Source: Eledone cirrhosa (Eukaryota). Taken from it: 64,000 nt of DNA. The notes below the pieces were generated by a model. That model worked only from the letters and a program-made list of their open reading frames with translations. It was not told the origin of the DNA and did no database searches. Position 1 is the stretch's first letter. Each line of letters starts with the position of its first letter. The stretch is taken from positions 33,852,001-33,916,000 of the forward strand of contig OZ024749.1 in assembly GCA_964016885.1 (NCBI GenBank). The letters run 5' to 3'. This document shows, one piece after another, positions 12,625 to 26,677 of this stretch. The translations under genes were made by a program, and so were the position numbers.

Positions 12625-12762
12625 AACAAAGGAATTGTGGTAAGGAACCAGATGGACCATAACGCACCAGAGTACTCAATACTTAGAGTAGTAGAGTGGG
12701 TAATTTCCAGAAATAGCCGTCGAAACGGCTTGAGCTCTGCCCTCGGGGTCATACTCTTTCCT
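12625..12762. mobile_element. Family A inverted pair
   Basis: Minus copy joined to ccagaaatagccgtcgaaacggcttgagctc...ggggtc, then (TA)n. Confidence 0.75.
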
Positions 12763-13219
12763 ATATATATATATATATATATCCAGCCATGTATGTATGT
12801 ATGTATGAATTTATGAATTTATGTATGTATGTATCTGAATACAACGGGTGGTGTTGTAGGAAATAGGTTCAATAGAAACTGCTTGATATAAAACAAAACG
12901 AAATCTAACTATATGGACTGACCTATTTCATTCTTTACCACTCCCACCATCACCTTACTTTCAACGTACAATATCACTATTTAGATTTAACACAAATCAG
13001 CGTCATGAACATTATTTTTATTTCATCTATTGTTTTAACCTAATTACAATTTTTTAATTAAAAGTATATTGACTGAAGTGCCAATCAACTGATTAATTAT
13101 ATTTCATGAATAGTATTTCCAAGGTAAAAAAAAATATATATATAGAAAAATGAAATATTGTGATTTATTTTCTTATTACTTTCGTGTATTAGATTCCATT
13201 CCCGATGGAGCAACTACAT

Positions 13220-13620
13220 TTCTTCTTCTTCTTCTTCTTCTTCTTCTTCTTCTTCTTCTTCTTCTTCTTCTTCGTCTTCTTCTTCTTCTTCACCCACTTA
13301 TTCCTGAGAGTGCCGCTGTGGCCGAGTTTCTCCAAAGACTCTTTCCAGCGAGACATGTCAGAAGCAACCTTCTCCAACTGATCCGACTGAATCTCCAAGC
13401 GTGATCAGCCAAGCTCATGGATGTTATCCAACCATCTTGCTCGAGGTCTATCCTTGGGTCTCCAGCCAGTTGGTTTCGCCAGTAAAATAAGTGCAGCTAT
13501 TCTTTCGTGAGACATTCTAACCACATGCCCATAGTGTCGGAGCTGTGTTCTCTCAATTCGGAGAAGTGGCGGCTCTACCTCGAGTGACTCTCTGATCTCC
13601 GAGTTACGCACTTTATCCAT
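13220..13620 (-). mobile_element. RTE-clade LINE 3' fragment with (GAA)n tail
   Basis: Translation DKVRNSEIRE...QLRHYGHVVRM...RPKDRPRARWLDNI...SRWK, typical of the RTE ORF C-terminus; one in-frame stop. Confidence 0.85.
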
Positions 13621-13639
13621 TCCTGAAGGAGCAAATATA

Positions 13640-13800
13640 TCTATGCTTTGCGGCATAGAGCCACGTCCCTTTTCGTTCTGTGTTCAAATCCCTCTGAGGT
13701 TAGCATTGCCTTTCATCCTTACGGAGCCGATAAAATAAAGTACCAGTAATGCACTGGGGTCAAAAATTGTTGGCCTGGTGTCGAAATCAGAAACCGTTAT
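13640..13800 (+). mobile_element. Major-family SINE (5'-truncated, diverged)
   Basis: B box, core and tail. Confidence 0.7.
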
Positions 13801-14016
13801 TATAACGATGGGTAACGGGTCGATGAAACAACATACCAGCCATGTACTGGGATTAACATAATAGACTTTCCTCCTCGTTGAGCTTAAATTAGAAAAATAA
13901 AAGTCATTAGAGCAATACATAGCAAAAACTCGTTGGAGAAAATACTCTTGAGATGTTTCGGTAAGTCTTTTATGTTCTGAGTTTGAATTTCACCAGGGTT
14001 GGGGTGATTTTGTATT

Positions 14017-14068
<52 letters not shown>

Positions 14069-14209
14069 ACCTCTCCCTCTCTCTCTATCTATCTATCTCT
14101 CTATCTATGTATCTATCTATGTATCTATCTATCTATGCCCATCTCTCTCTATCAATCTATCCTCTTTCTCTGTATCTATTTATCTATCTATCCTCCATTC
14201 TCTGTCTTC

Positions 14210-14253
<44 letters not shown>

Positions 14254-14936
14254 TTCTCCACCCCTCTTTCTCTCTCTGTGATTATATGTGTGTGGGTTGA
14301 GATTATGTAACAAATAATACCAATCATATATCTCGGGATTGAATAAATCAATTACATCCACCAAAACACACACACACACTGTCTCTTTCTCTCCCTCCCT
14401 CACTCTCTCGCTTTCTCCCCTTCTCTCTCCTCCTCTCTCTCTCATTCTCTCTCTCACTCACCTTCTCCCCCCGAGATATTTATGGCCCTATGCCAAAGCG
14501 AGAAATCATTATAATTTCACATACTGCTTTAGCGGTATTTCCTCTCAGCATCAGTCATTTTGGTTTATCTTTCAGTTTGTTAACGGCGGCCATGTTATTT
14601 TGAAAAGCAGATATTATTTAGCAGAACTAGATGATGTTGATGGCGAATAATCTTATTCTTTGTTTGTTCTTGCCACAGTGACTGTTGATTTAAGATATCC
14701 CGGGAAGGTTTGTGCTATAGGAAAAAATCAACATAACAAATATTACGTAATCAAATAGTGAAAAGTGATATCTGCTAAATCATCCATTTTGGTATTAATG
14801 CGTAGTTCCGTCCTTCAACTCACTAGTAAAATCTTGAGTCTTTGCTTTCCTTGTTTCTTTTTTTCTTTTCTTTTTCTCTCAAAACTTGAAATGATTTCGT
14901 AATGTAAAATAATATCCTTACGCTCTGCCGCTGCCG

Positions 14937-16057
14937 ACACCACCCCTACCGCAGCTACTGTAGACACCACCACCACCACAGCCACTGTAGGCACACCATC
15001 ACCACAGGCTACTGTCGCCACCACCACCACCACCACCACCACCACCACTAGTACCACTGTTGTCGACACCATCACCATCGTCACCACGGCCACTATCACC
15101 AACACTACCGCTACCACCATCACCACTACTACCGCCGCCGCCGCCACCACTACTGCCATCACCATCGTCAGCACCACCACGGCCACTATCACCAACACTA
15201 CCGCTACCACCATCACCACTACTACCGCCGCCGCCGCCACCACTACTGCCATCACCATCGTCAGCACCACCACGGCCACTATCACCAACACTACCGCTAC
15301 CACCACCATCACCACTACTACTACCGCCGCCGCCGCCACCACTACTGCCATCACCATCGTCAGCACCACCACGGCCACTATCACCAACACTACCGCTACC
15401 ACCATCAACACTACCACCATCAACACAGCAGCCGTCACCACAGCTGCCGTTGTCACATCACCATCGTCATCACCACCACCACTGCCGCTATCACCGACAC
15501 CACCACCACCACCACCACCACCACCACCACCACCACAGTCGCCATTACCAACCACTACCACTGCTATAACCACCAGCAACAGCACAACCTGACGCCACCA
15601 CCACCACTACAATCACCACCACAACTACCACTGTTATCACCACCAGCAACAACACCATCCGACACCACCACCACCACCACCAATGCTATCACAATCAGCA
15701 ACAGCATCACCCGAGGCCACCACCACCACGACAGTCGCCACCACCACAACTACCACTGCTACCACCACTAGCAACAGCACCACCAGCAACACTACCACTA
15801 CCACCACCACCACCATCACAACCACCACAGTCGCCGCCGCCACCACAATTACCACCACTACCACCACTACCACCACTAGCAACAGCACCACCAGCAACAC
15901 CACCACTACCTCCACCACCATCACCACCACCACCATCACCACCACCACAATTACCACCACTACCACCACCAGACGCCTCGCCCGCCGCCACTAGCACCAC
16001 CACCACCACCACCACCACTACCACCACCGCCAGACCCCCCCCCCCCCGCCGCCACCA
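14937..16057. repeat. (CAC/ACC)-rich low-complexity tract with internal ~90-bp tandem duplications
   Basis: Direct reading; three near-identical units 15085-15415. Confidence 0.9.
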
Positions 16058-16266
16058 TCTCTGCCAGAAAAGGTAGCCGGCGGCAATCCGACGATGCTGA
16101 TGTTAATGCAGTATCCATTGCTATAACACAACTTGTAAGGTAGATAAGGCTTTACACTATAAAAAGGATTTCTTTCGACAACGTTACTCAATTTCACTGA
16201 AGGGGAATAGATAACATTTATTGATGATTTACGTCACATCATGTCAGTCAAAGATTGAAACTATTT

Positions 16267-16299
<33 letters not shown>

Positions 16300-16304
16300 A
16301 CTAG

Positions 16305-17487
16305 ACATTCGGTAGAGAGTCGGACGCCATGCTTTCTAGCATAGTTACGTCCCTTTACAGTCTAAGTTCAAATCCAGCCGAGGTTAACTTTGCCTTTCAT
16401 CCTTAAGGGGTCGATAAAATAAAGTACCAGTAATGTACTGGGTAATTTGCTGGCCTTGTGCCTAAAGTAGAAACAATTATTATCAGAGTGTTGGATTGAC
16501 AGAATCGGTAGAGAGTCGGACACCATGCTTTGCCGCATAGAGTTACGGCCGTTTAATATCTGAGTTCAAATCCCGCCGAGGTTAACTTTGCCTTTCATCC
16601 TTAAGGGGTCGATAAAATAAAGTACCAGTAATGTACTGGGTAATTGCTGGCCTTGTGCCTAAAGTAGAAACAATTATTATCAGAGTGTTGGATTGACAGA
16701 ATCGGTAGAGAGTCGGACACCATGCTTTGCCGCATAGAGTTACGGCCGTTTAATATCTGAGTTCAAATCCCGCCGAGGTTAACTTTGCCTTTCATCCTTA
16801 AGGGGTCGATAAAATAAAGTACCAGTAATGTACTGGGTAATTGCTGGCCTTGTGCCTAAAGTAGAAACAATTATTATCAGAGTGTTGGATTGACAGAATC
16901 GGTAGAGAGTCGGACACCATGCTTTGCCGCATAGAGTTACGGCCGTTTATGATCTGAGTTCAAATCCCGCCGAGGTTAACTTTGCCTTTCATCCTTATGG
17001 GGTCGATAAAATAAAGTACCAGTAATGTACTGAATGATTGCTGGACTTGTGCCAAAAATAGAAACATTATTCAGGGCGGTGGATTAGCAGTATCGGTAGA
17101 GTGTCTGTCTGACACCATGCTTTGCAGCATAGAGTCATGGCCTTTTACGTTCTGAGTTCAAATTCCGTCGGGGTTAGCTTTGCCTTTCATCTTTACGTGG
17201 TCAATAAAATAAAGCACCGGAGATCGATATACTCAACTTTTCTCCATCCCCTGAATCGCTGGCCTTCTGTCGATGTGTTGTGGCAGTATAGATAGAGCGT
17301 CTGACACCATGTTTTGCAGTATAGAGTTACGGCCCTTTACGTTCTGGGTTCCAATCCCGCCGAGTTTAGCTTTGCCTTTCGTCCTTACGAGGATCGATAA
17401 AATAAAATAGACACTGGTGTCGATATGATAGAATTTCCCCACCCCTTCAAATGGCAGGTCTTGTGCCTAAAGTCGAAACAATTATTA
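16305..17487 (+). mobile_element. Head-to-tail array of about six major-family SINEs
   Basis: Units starting cagagtgttgg at 16484, 16681 and 16878 (197-bp period, near-identical) plus diverged neighbours. Confidence 0.9.
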
Positions 17488-18149
17488 TCCGGATTACTCC
17501 ATTAACCCATTGCATGTTTCAGCCGACAGGCTGCGACCATGCTGGGGCACCTCCATTTATTATATATACATATAGATTATTTCATTGTTACTTGGACTAT
17601 ATATAATACAGCGAAACAAAATAACTTGTAAACTACATTCATTATTGGCGGTCATTCTATTTTTACAAGGAATAATTTGTTTATTGTATTGAAAATACAA
17701 GTGTTTCCATAATATTTTTAACAGACTTGCTTGTGGGTGTGTGTGTGTATGTGTATGTGTGTGTGTGTGTATGTGTGTGTGTGGATGGATGAGTGTGTGA
17801 GTGTAGATGGGTGAGTGCGTGAGAGAAAGAGAGCGCGTGCACGTGTGCGTATGTATGTATGTATGTATGTATGTATGTATGTATGTATGTATGTATGTAT
17901 GTGCGAGAGTTTGTGTAATATGATTGTATATATATATATGGGTGTATGTGTGATGACTATGTGAATGTGTGTGTATGTCTGTGTGACAGTGTGTGTAATA
18001 TAATTGTATATATATGTGTGTCTGTGTGATGACTATGTGTGTGTGTATGCGTGTGTGAGTATATATGTGTGAGAGTGTGTGTTTGTGTCATGACTATGTA
18101 AGAGTGTGTGTGTGTGTATGTATGTGTGAGAGTGTGTGTAATATGATTG

Positions 18150-18187
<38 letters not shown>

Positions 18188-18699
18188 CATGTGTGATGAC
18201 TATGTGAATGTAAGTGTGTGCATGTATGTGTAACAGTGTGTAATATAATTGTATATATGTATGTCTGTGTGATGACTATGTCAGAGTATGCGTGTGTATA
18301 TATGTGTGAGAACATGTGTAATGTGTGTGTGTGTATATGTGCCTGTGTGATGACTATGTCTGAGTACATGTGTATATGTATGTATGTATGTAATATAATT
18401 GTATATATGTGTGTGCGTGATGTCTGTCACGATATATTTGTAATTTTGTTCGAAATTCTGTGGATGTGTGTATGTGTTTAATATAAGTATATGTGTGAAT
18501 GTTTGAATGTGTATATGTGTGTGTATATGTGTGAGCCAATGTGTGTATTAGATATACGTGACTGTGTAATTGTGTTTATATTTGTACGTTGTTTCTGTTT
18601 CTGTGTGTGTGTATGTGTGTGTATGTGGATATGTGTATTTATAATATTAGTGTGAGTGAGCAGATGTACTGTAGATATGTGTGTGAGTGGACAGATGTA

Positions 18700-18730
<31 letters not shown>

Positions 18731-18903
18731 AGTGGGCAGATGTAGTGTATATCTGTGTGTGTGTGTGTGTGTGAGTGGGCAGATGTAGTGAATGTATGAG
18801 TGTGTGAGTAGGCATATGTAGTGTATATATGTGTGTGTGTGTGTGTGTGTGAGTGGGCAGATGTAGTGAATGTATGAGTGTGTGAGTGGATAGATGTAGT
18901 ATA

Positions 18904-19420
18904 TACTAGCCGAATGGCCCGGCGTTGCTCTGGATTCTAAACATAGATTGGCATGTTTATCCCTTCTTTCTGAAACAGTACAGAGAAGTACGGAATACCT
19001 CGGCCTGGGGATGGTGTCTACATTGTGTGCTTATAAAAAAAATTCGTTGTAGATTACCAGGGGTTTAACTTAGTTGGGTACCTGAGAGTAAAATGTTCAA
19101 CCCAGGAAAGCCAAGACGATAGGGTTAAGTAAAAAGGCATTCGACAAACCAAACATGCATTTGTTGTGCTATGGTACAATGAAAGCAATAGTTACAGAGC
19201 TGTAAACATGTGGGACTGCAGTGGTGGAGAGTGGTGTTGTCTTACTCCTTTCAATGGTTCGTCGTATGTTCACCAATTGATGCAGAAGTCCTAATGAAAA
19301 TTGAAGTCACCTTGGGTGAATAGGCAAATAATTTTCCATTACGATTTTTCAAAAGCATGTAATTGCGTTCCCTCTCTTTTTTGTTGCTGTTTTTGCTGCT
19401 TAATTGTTATTAATGCATAT
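18904..19420 (+). mobile_element. Possible non-autonomous Helentron/DINE-like element
   Basis: Start tactagccgaatggcccggcgttgctc resembles the termini of such elements (recalled motif only); right boundary uncertain. Confidence 0.35.
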
Positions 19421-19609
19421 ATTCTTATATATTCTTATATATATGTGGTGGGGAAGAAGGTATCTGCCGATATGTATTAATATAGACATATATGGATATA
19501 GATATATGTATATGTGATTTTATCTGAAGATATATGTATATATATATATGATTTTATATAAAGATATATGTATGTATATACATATAGAAATATATGTATA
19601 TATATATGC

Positions 19610-19646
<37 letters not shown>

Positions 19647-19666
19647 ATACATACACACACACACAC

Positions 19667-19733
<67 letters not shown>

Positions 19734-19799
19734 TATATATATATGTGTGTGTGTATGTATATATGGAGAGAGGAAGATGGGGGGAGGGGCAGCACAATA

Positions 19800-19914
<115 letters not shown>

Positions 19915-20314
19915 ATATATATGTTTTAAAATTCCCTTTTCGGCATATTAAATCTGTGAGAATCCTGGTTATCGAGTTGAGCTCTGCTGAGGATTGAATT
20001 CCAACCGTGACCATCTCCACTGAAAGTTTTCATGAAATAGTCTTTAAGACTATACAGAGCATTTGAAGTTTTTCCAAATTGAAGGATGAGTATTTTAAAC
20101 TTTATTTTATCATGAGTTAAGGCTCTATTGATTTTTCCCTGGATTTCACTAAATTAAATTCTGTGGATGAATTTATATCCTGATTCTCTTTGAGATGAGT
20201 TTGAATTATTTTTCCCACATCTTACGTCAACTATTTTTCCCATCTTGACGCTATAGTCACATATATATTATGGAGTGCTGTTGGCTTTTCGCTGCAATGT
20301 TTTCTATACCTTTC

Positions 20315-20399
<85 letters not shown>

Positions 20400-20888
20400 T
20401 CAGTAAATGTACATAGATATTATGTGTTATATAACACATTGCAATCATACACATTCATACACATACATGAACCAACCAAAAGTATTTTCATTCACACACA
20501 CATACACACACACACTCTCTCTCACAGACACACACATACACATACACACATACACGCACCTACACACATAAAAGAATGATTACATGTATATGAAACAAAC
20601 AGAGGCATATATATACCACAAGTTATTATATAGAAGATTTGAAAAATGAAAATTGTAAAGAAAAAAATAATAAAATAACAGATCGAAATAACAACAACAA
20701 CAACAACAACAACAACAATAATAACAACAATAGTAATAACAATAGTAATAATAACAACAACAACAATAGTAATAACAATAGTAATAATAATAACAACAAC
20801 AACAACAATAATAATAACAATAGTAAACAAACAACAATAACAACAATAGTAATAACAACAATAGTAATAACAACAATAGTAATACTAA

Positions 20889-21080
20889 TAATTGTTTCTA
20901 CTTTTGGCACAAGACCAGCAATTATCCCAGTGCATTACTGGTACTTTATTTTATCAACTCCGTAAGGATGAAAGGCAAAGTTAACCTCGGCGGGATTTGA
21001 ACTCAGAATGGAAAGGGCCGTAACTCTATGCTGCAAAGCATGACGTCCGACCCTATACCGATACTGCCAATCCACCGCCC
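20889..21080 (-). mobile_element. Major-family SINE within an (AAC/AAT)n tract
   Basis: Full consensus match. Confidence 0.85.
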
Positions 21081-21549
21081 TCACCCTAACAACGACAATA
21101 ATAATAACAATAGAAACAATAACAACAACAACAACAATAATAATGATAATAATGTTTCCTATATAAAAAATAAAGACTAATAAAAATGTATATAAAATAT
21201 AAGTGAAAGTTGAAAAAATAAGTGCAAAACCTTTGATGAAAACCAATCAATTTAATTAGCAAATTGATTTCGAAAGAGATATCAACTATCTCAACTGAAA
21301 GATGTACATGAATAGAACAGTTCTATATTATACATTTCATGAAATGTATGCAACACAAATCATTCTTTTCCATTGGATGTGTTGAGGTTGTTTTGCTGTT
21401 TTTTTCTACTTTCTCGATTTTTGTATTTTAATAAAACTAATGGTATTTTAAGTAGAGCCAGATTTAATGAATAGTCTTAAGTGGGATTGTGTATATTGAA
21501 TAGAAGATCTGTATGTATATATATATATATATGTGTGTGTGTGGGGGGG

Positions 21550-21630
<81 letters not shown>

Positions 21631-21656
21631 CGTGTGTGTGTGTAAGTGTGACTCGC

Positions 21657-21701
<45 letters not shown>

Positions 21702-21741
21702 TTATATATTTGATCAATTACATTTTGATCAATTACATTTT

Positions 21742-21785
21742 ATTATACATATTTCGGATGTACAACAGTACGTCCTCATCAATCT
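21742..21785 (-). ncRNA. Degenerate HHR motif
   Basis: Minus strand: TTGATGA-ggacgtac(tgtt)gtacatcc-GAAA-tatgta-TA; C3 changed to U, weak stem I. Confidence 0.55.
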
Positions 21786-21862
21786 TTGACATAATCATCG
21801 AATATTGTTTAACAACTTAATACTTATATATATATATATATATATATATTAACAGCTTAATA

Positions 21863-21908
<46 letters not shown>

Positions 21909-22018
21909 TCCAGTTCCTCAGTGAAATAACAACCCAACCAGGAACTGGGCATATCAGAGTATTGACAAAATTATACACCTCAACAACATATGTACTTGTC
22001 TATACCACACTAATTCGG

Positions 22019-22073
22019 ACTGCCTGAAGAGGTCGCAGCTAAAGATGGCTGTCACCGAAATATATATAGCAGT
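22019..22073 (+). ncRNA. Type I hammerhead ribozyme motif
   Basis: actgc-CTGAAGA-ggtcgcagct...ggctgtcacc-GAAA-tatata-TA-gcagt; host element 21903-22125 matches 3862-4080. Confidence 0.85.
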
Positions 22074-22283
22074 AATAAACGAAGCTAAATTTTAAACATT
22101 TGACTTTTTATTTTACTTTATTTTATATATAAATATATATATATATATATATACAGAGCGAGTCACACTTACACACACACACACACATATACATATACAT
22201 ACATATATATATATATATATAAATATTTATATATATATATATATGTATGTATATGTATATGTGTGTGTGTAAGTGTGACTCGC

Positions 22284-22320
<37 letters not shown>

Positions 22321-22341
22321 GTGTGTGTGTGTGTGACTCGC

Positions 22342-22416
<75 letters not shown>

Positions 22417-22636
22417 TCTTCATTTATCTCTGTTTCTCTTGCTCTGTATATATATATTTATATATATGTTGATTTAAAACTGCACTATCCACAAGTGTTT
22501 TTTAATCTTCATATCTTGTCTTCCTGTTTTATCTGATGAAAACACAAATATTATTGCATGATGATATTTGTTTTTGAAATGCGCATAATAAAATACATGG
22601 AACTCTTTTAACCATCTTTTGTTCTTACATATTATT

Positions 22637-22687
<51 letters not shown>

Positions 22688-22786
22688 GTGTATATATACA
22701 TATATGTATATATTATATATATGCATATGTATATATATATATATTGTATATATGTATATATAATATATATGTATATATTATATATA

Positions 22787-22850
<64 letters not shown>

Positions 22851-22970
22851 AAATACATGTATACACACAGGTACACAAACAGTGTGTGAGAGAGAAAATG
22901 AAATAGTAAATTTGTGTGTACTACCATGAATTTTTGCACATCTATTCATATAAGGGAACAATAATGATAA

Positions 22971-23535
22971 TAATTGTTTCTACTTTGAGCACAAGGCCAG
23001 CAATTATCCCAGTGTATTACTGGTACTTTATTTTATCAACCTCGTAAGGATCAAAGGCAAAGTTAACCTCGGCGGGATTTGAACTCAGATCATACAGGGA
23101 GGTAACTCTATGCTTCAAAGCATGGCGTCAGACCCTCTACCGATACTGCCAAATGGCTTCTACTTTAGGCACAAGGCCAACAGTGCGTTACTGATACTTT
23201 ATTTTATCGACCTCTGTAAAGATGAAAGGCAAAGCTAACCATGGCGTGATTTGACCAGAGAGTGTAAAGGGCCGTAACTCTCTGCCACAAAGCATATAGC
23301 ACTAATCCACTAAGGGTTTCTTTATTAGCCACAAGGGCTTACATTAAGAGCACAATAAAGATGGTACAGGACGGTACGGTGTGGGTTTTTGTGTGAGAGA
23401 AAGGTTTATAATTGTTTCTACTTTTAGGCACAAGGCCAGCAATTACCCAGTGCATTACTGGTACTTTATTTTATCGACCCCGTAAGGATAAAAGGCAAAG
23501 TCAACCTCGGCGGTATTTGAACTCAGATCGTAAAG
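22971..23535 (-). mobile_element. Cluster of major-family SINE copies and fragments
   Basis: Three tail/core matches plus a LINE-like 3' end at ~23315-23340. Confidence 0.75.
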
Positions 23536-23539
23536 GTAC

Positions 23540-24060
23540 AATGAAGACTAAAAAACTAAACATAACAAATTCCCCAAAAGTGGAGACACTTCTGAGGGTC
23601 ACTCGTGGAGAAAGCTCACAAAATTCCACAGTAACCCTGACCGCTAGGACAAGTGCTCTCTCTCAGATGTCCTCCTCCAATTTACAAGTGCATACACAGA
23701 GCAAACCAAATCACGCGGACCATACTCGCCTCGCCAACCCACCTTTCAATAAAATGGTTGGAAACAGCATTTTCTTCTTCACCTTGGTTTTCCTCTTCAG
23801 GTGAAACATGAAAAAGTTAATTAGGGCTTTGCCGAAGAGGAAAGTACTTGTCTTCAGCCCTTTCAAGTGCAACCACCACATGACTTATTTTACTAAGGCC
23901 ACCAGGCAGATAAAAACTGCCTGTCCTTCCTCTCTAAAAGCAGACGGTGGTGTGATTTTCACCTGGTTTCAGTTGATAGCTGAATCGGTCTCACACGTGA
24001 CAGCAGGTGTTCGACATAAACCGACTGACCCATCTGCATTATCAGGAAATGGACTTAACA
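23540..24060 (-). mobile_element. Older diverged Tx1/L1 3' fragment
   Basis: Frameshifted translation FHLKRK...FIERWVGEASMVRV aligns with YHFGRR...FYERWVKVARMARV of the 38.7-kb copy. Confidence 0.65.
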
Positions 24061-25083
24061 TATTTTACTTTTTTGGAAATAGTAATAAATTCCGTTCCGT
24101 GGTTATTTAAGGAAAGAATGTTGTCCAGCGGATATATCACTACCTTATATAACCAATTATAGCAATTGTCGACAAAGTAAACACAATTTCAAAACCTCGC
24201 TAGCGGCGAAAACAGCGCACGTGGTCCCACATGTGCGAAAAAAATTGCTTTCTTTCTTGATATGAGACAAGAGTGAGGAAAAATTATGAGGACAAATACA
24301 CCATTAAATTTTTTGTTTATTTTTGCACTCTATGAAAAATGGAAAGAATTAACATGAAGCCTCCGAGTAATGGTCCTACTACAGCTGTAGTGGTGGCTCA
24401 GATATTATTATTGTTGTTATTGTTACCATTTCCGCGTGATATATTTATGACGAAGGTGGCAATGGCGGGTTGGGTGTTGATTGCACTGTTACTACCTAAC
24501 AGTGAAGAAGGAAGCTTAATAGGGGAAGCTCTTCTTCATATTTAAAACAATATACATTCTTTCTTTTCCTCTTCTCAGACAATACACTGCGGCCATGCTG
24601 CATTACCACTTCCTTTTTGAAAATGGAGAACGTCTTTCTCTCTAAATCCTCCAAAACCCGCTTTCCATCGTCCCCTATCACTACCACCCTCATTGTACTG
24701 TCAATGGAGGCCATTCGCAATAATTAATTTGTTTTTTCGAAATTAAATTTTAAAGAGATATCTGAAATCTGTGACGTCCCTCAAGGCCACATCCGAAACA
24801 AAATACACAACAGAAATGTACGTCAATAAATCTGTAAACGTGAAAACAAACAGCATTTGTTTTACAAATCGCACGCAATTTAGTGAAAGGCGACATTTTT
24901 TGACTGAAGGGGAAATATTAACAACAGAAAAATAAAAAGACACCAACACCACCACCAACACCACTACTACTACTACTACTGCTGCTGCTGCTGATGATGA
25001 TGATGATGATAATGATGATGATCATGATGATGATGATTATGCTACTACTACTACTATCATCATCTTTATCGTTGTTATAATAA

Positions 25084-25293
25084 TGGTTTCTTATATAGGC
25101 ACAAGGCCAGCAATTTTGAGGGAGGAGAAAGTTGATTAAATCGACCCCAGTGCGTGACTGGTACTTTATTTATCGACTCCGTAAGGATGAAAGGCAAAGT
25201 TAACCTCGGCGAGATTTGAACTCAGAACGTAAAGGACCATAACTCTATGCTGCAAAGCATGGCGTCCGACTCTCTACCTATACTGCCAATCCA
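25084..25293 (-). mobile_element. Major-family SINE (long-tail variant)
   Basis: Consensus match. Confidence 0.8.
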
Positions 25294-25371
25294 CAATAAT
25301 AATAATTATAGTTATTATTGTAGTTGTTGACGTTTCTGGACTATACTCCACCCTGTTTACGCTCTGTAAGT

Positions 25372-25452
25372 TTTGTTGTTCCCAAAACATCTATACACAC
25401 CTTTTATTAGATTGGTGTTGAAATGTGTATACATTTTGGGGGGACACCTTTT
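25372..25452. mobile_element. Tc1/mariner-like MITE remnant
   Basis: Inverted ends gttcccaaaacatctatacac / gtgtatacattttggggggacacc; related to 56585-56695. Confidence 0.5.
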
Positions 25453-25672
25453 ATATATACGCATTATATATATGAATTAATGTACGAGTAAAAATTGTTT
25501 GTGTAGATAAGCGTACAAACAAAAATAAAACAAGTAAGATTGCTTACCAAAGTGTTTTTCTCAACATGGTCCTTGTATGTTACAGTAATTGTTTCTACTT
25601 TAGGCACATGTATGTTACAGTAATGGTCCAATAAGAGGGATCAAATTACAACATCCAGATCATGGAGTAATC

Positions 25673-25858
25673 ATTGTTTCTACTTTAGGCACAAGGCCAG
25701 CAATTGCCCAGTGCATCACTGGTACTTTATTTTATCGACCCCGTAAGGATGAAAGGCAAAGTCAACCTCGGCAGGATTTGAACTCAGATCGTAAAGGGAC
25801 GTAACTATGCTGGAAAGCATGGCGTCCGACCCTCTACCGATACTGCCAATCCACCACC
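25673..25858 (-). mobile_element. Major-family SINE with TSD
   Basis: Consensus match; ccagatcatggagtaat repeated on both sides (~25656 and ~25858). Confidence 0.85.
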
Positions 25859-26039
25859 CAGATCATGGAGTAATAATATTTTTTAATATATAGGAAAAGT
25901 AGGTGCGAGGTGTAGAAAAATGAAGAATTTTATCAAAAGAATTTTATATATTTATATAGGTACGCTGAGATGGAACCGGTACTAGCAGGGAAACCATATG
26001 TTAGTCCCATCAACTTTTATATATATATATACATACACA

Positions 26040-26245
26040 TAGCTAATTTGATGTAGAAATGGGTTCTACAACTCCTGAACTGTTTCATTCGAAGGAAAGC
26101 GTCAGGAAAGTCCTGATCATTTCCTTCAAATGAAACAAACAGTTCTAGACCCGTAGAAGCCGCTTCTATATTAAATTTGTTGTTTACACTCTACTAATGC
26201 ATTGAGTACATTACTTACCGTAGTTACCCCGACAGAACCCGGGAC
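26040..26245. repeat. Diverged head-to-head HHR-like pair (same family as 12318, 28545, 57069)
   Basis: aactgtttcattcgaaggaaagcgtcagg / cctgatcatttccttcaaatgaaac. Confidence 0.6.
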
Positions 26246-26262
26246 TCAGACAGACACAGACT

Positions 26263-26334
<72 letters not shown>

Positions 26335-26408
26335 AATATATATATATTTATACTTATATATGTTTAATATACAATTATAAATATGGAGGGTAGTACTAAG
26401 TACTTTAT

Positions 26409-26677
26409 TCGTTCAGAAACCCTAGACTTAGCAATGTAACCTCACTATCCACATACATACACTCATTAAAATCAAGTAATATACCATACACATAAAATGG
26501 GAAGTGATAGCTAAGGCCCCTTCATATAGACCACCTAACAAATTTTGTAACCTTTGCATCCTCGAGTCTAGAACTATTATTCATTCTAATCTTAGCCTGC
26601 TAAATCGGAAATCAGAGATCTTTTCCACGTGTCCACATTACCATAGATTCTCTTTCCACTACTTCAAACCTAGTAAC

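Noticed and set aside
24496-24720. 74-aa minus-strand ORF with VVVIGD, reminiscent of an APE endonuclease
   Set aside because: GDxN motif incomplete and no other recognisable motifs
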